From: a bacterium
GTDB taxonomy: Archaea > Thermoplasmatota > E2 > JACPAO01 > JAHFTW01
Direction: 5' to 3'
DNA length: 64,000 nt
Assembly: GCA_040390065.1 (NCBI GenBank)
Contig: JAZJZE010000001.1
Span: 337,102 to 401,101, forward strand
Shown here: piece after piece, positions 63,538 to 64,000 of the stretch
Layout of the letters: the number at the start of each line of letters is the position of its first letter
Position numbering within the stretch: the first letter of the stretch is position 1
Translations under genes and position numbers: made by a program
Notes under the pieces: generated by a model
The model's database searches: none
What the model was told of the DNA's origin: nothing
What the model saw: the letters and a program-made list of their open reading frames with translations, nothing else

Positions 63538-63917
63538 CGCGCAGCGCGTTCCGCCGACGGGAGCCGGAGCCGGGCGCATCCAGGCCAGGTTCCCGCAATG
63601 TGCTCGCAGCGAGGCCCGCAGGGCCGAGCGGACCTACGGCTGCGCCTCAGCGCGGCCGTAGGGCACGAAGGGCGACGCCGCAGCGTCGCCCGACAGCAGA
63701 TTGCGAAGGAACAGGTCATGGAGATGCATCCGGTTCTGCGCGGCTTCTTCGGGGCCGAATAGCGCGCAGCGCTTCGGCCTTCGAAGGCCGTGCAGAACAG
63801 CGCGCCCGAGCGATGCGAAGCGAGCGTGGGCAAGCGGACCCTGCGGTTGCGCTTCAGCGCGACCGCAGGGGTGGCGAGCGACGCCGCAGCGTCGCGAGCC
63901 GTGCTCCGTGGCTTCAC
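63470..63917 (+). repeat. Re-copied secY 3' end: second 78-bp copy at 63695-63772, third 17-bp fragment at 63899-63915, separated by related hairpin-rich spacers
   Basis: Copy 2 encodes the same 21 residues plus stop as the secY C-terminus, with 8 third-position differences. Spacer hairpins at 63633-63662 / 63839-63870 and 63671-63690 / 63878-63895. Confidence 0.85.
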
Positions 63918-64000
63918 CCGACCCTGCGCAACATTCAGGAAAGCCCGGGTTGGTCAGGCGAAACCTTGTCGGCCCTCAACGTCGGCCAGCCCCGCCGCTC

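Noticed and set aside
63470-63772. The secY 3' duplicate considered as a diversity-generating retroelement template/variable repeat pair.
   Set aside because: The differences are not adenine-specific (C/T, C/G, G/T, T/C and others) and are all synonymous. No reverse transcriptase is nearby.

Overview
This is a very GC-rich archaeal chromosome segment. It carries archaeal-type genes (eS4, eL32, eL19, aSUI1, RNase P Rpp29, RpoD/Rpo3). The proteins are not acid-shifted, so it is not obviously a haloarchaeon, and the lineage cannot be fixed from sequence alone. Layout: (1) 1-8.6 kb holds secreted or anchored PKD and BNR proteins plus a membrane-tethered double winged-helix regulator, and ends at tRNA-Leu(CAG). 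(2) 8.95-11.5 kb is the rps13-rps4-rps11-rpoD operon on the minus strand. (3) 11.7-45.4 kb is a cell-envelope/secretome region. It contains TSP3/PKD/FN3/cadherin-like giant adhesins, a clear lysyl-oxidase homologue, an FKBP lipoprotein, BNR propellers, a subtilase, two tandem processive GT2 synthases, three paralogous double-wHTH regulators and a MITE. These are interleaved with housekeeping genes (purB, hisS, Nre-like, FAD oxidoreductase, SAMP-like, tRNA-Ser). (4) 46.4-63.5 kb is the rpl3-to-secY ribosomal operon, interrupted by two atypical insertions. The most unusual signal is at three independent loci (tRNA-Leu, tRNA-Ser, secY 3' end). At each, the terminus of a gene is re-copied in tandem together with 75-160-bp hairpin-rich spacers, resembling att-like scars or miniature integrative elements. 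The secY copy differs only by synonymous changes, and its spacer hairpins show compensatory changes. Other notable signals are an extracellular-matrix-like gene set around lysyl oxidase, a putative exopolysaccharide synthase locus, a membrane-tethered wHTH regulator, and foreign-looking ORFs and a perfect 20-bp hairpin inside the ribosomal operon. All functional calls come from reading translated motifs and manual base-pairing. No database search or folding program was run. The ORF track uses alternative start codons, so several starts were re-picked by hand.
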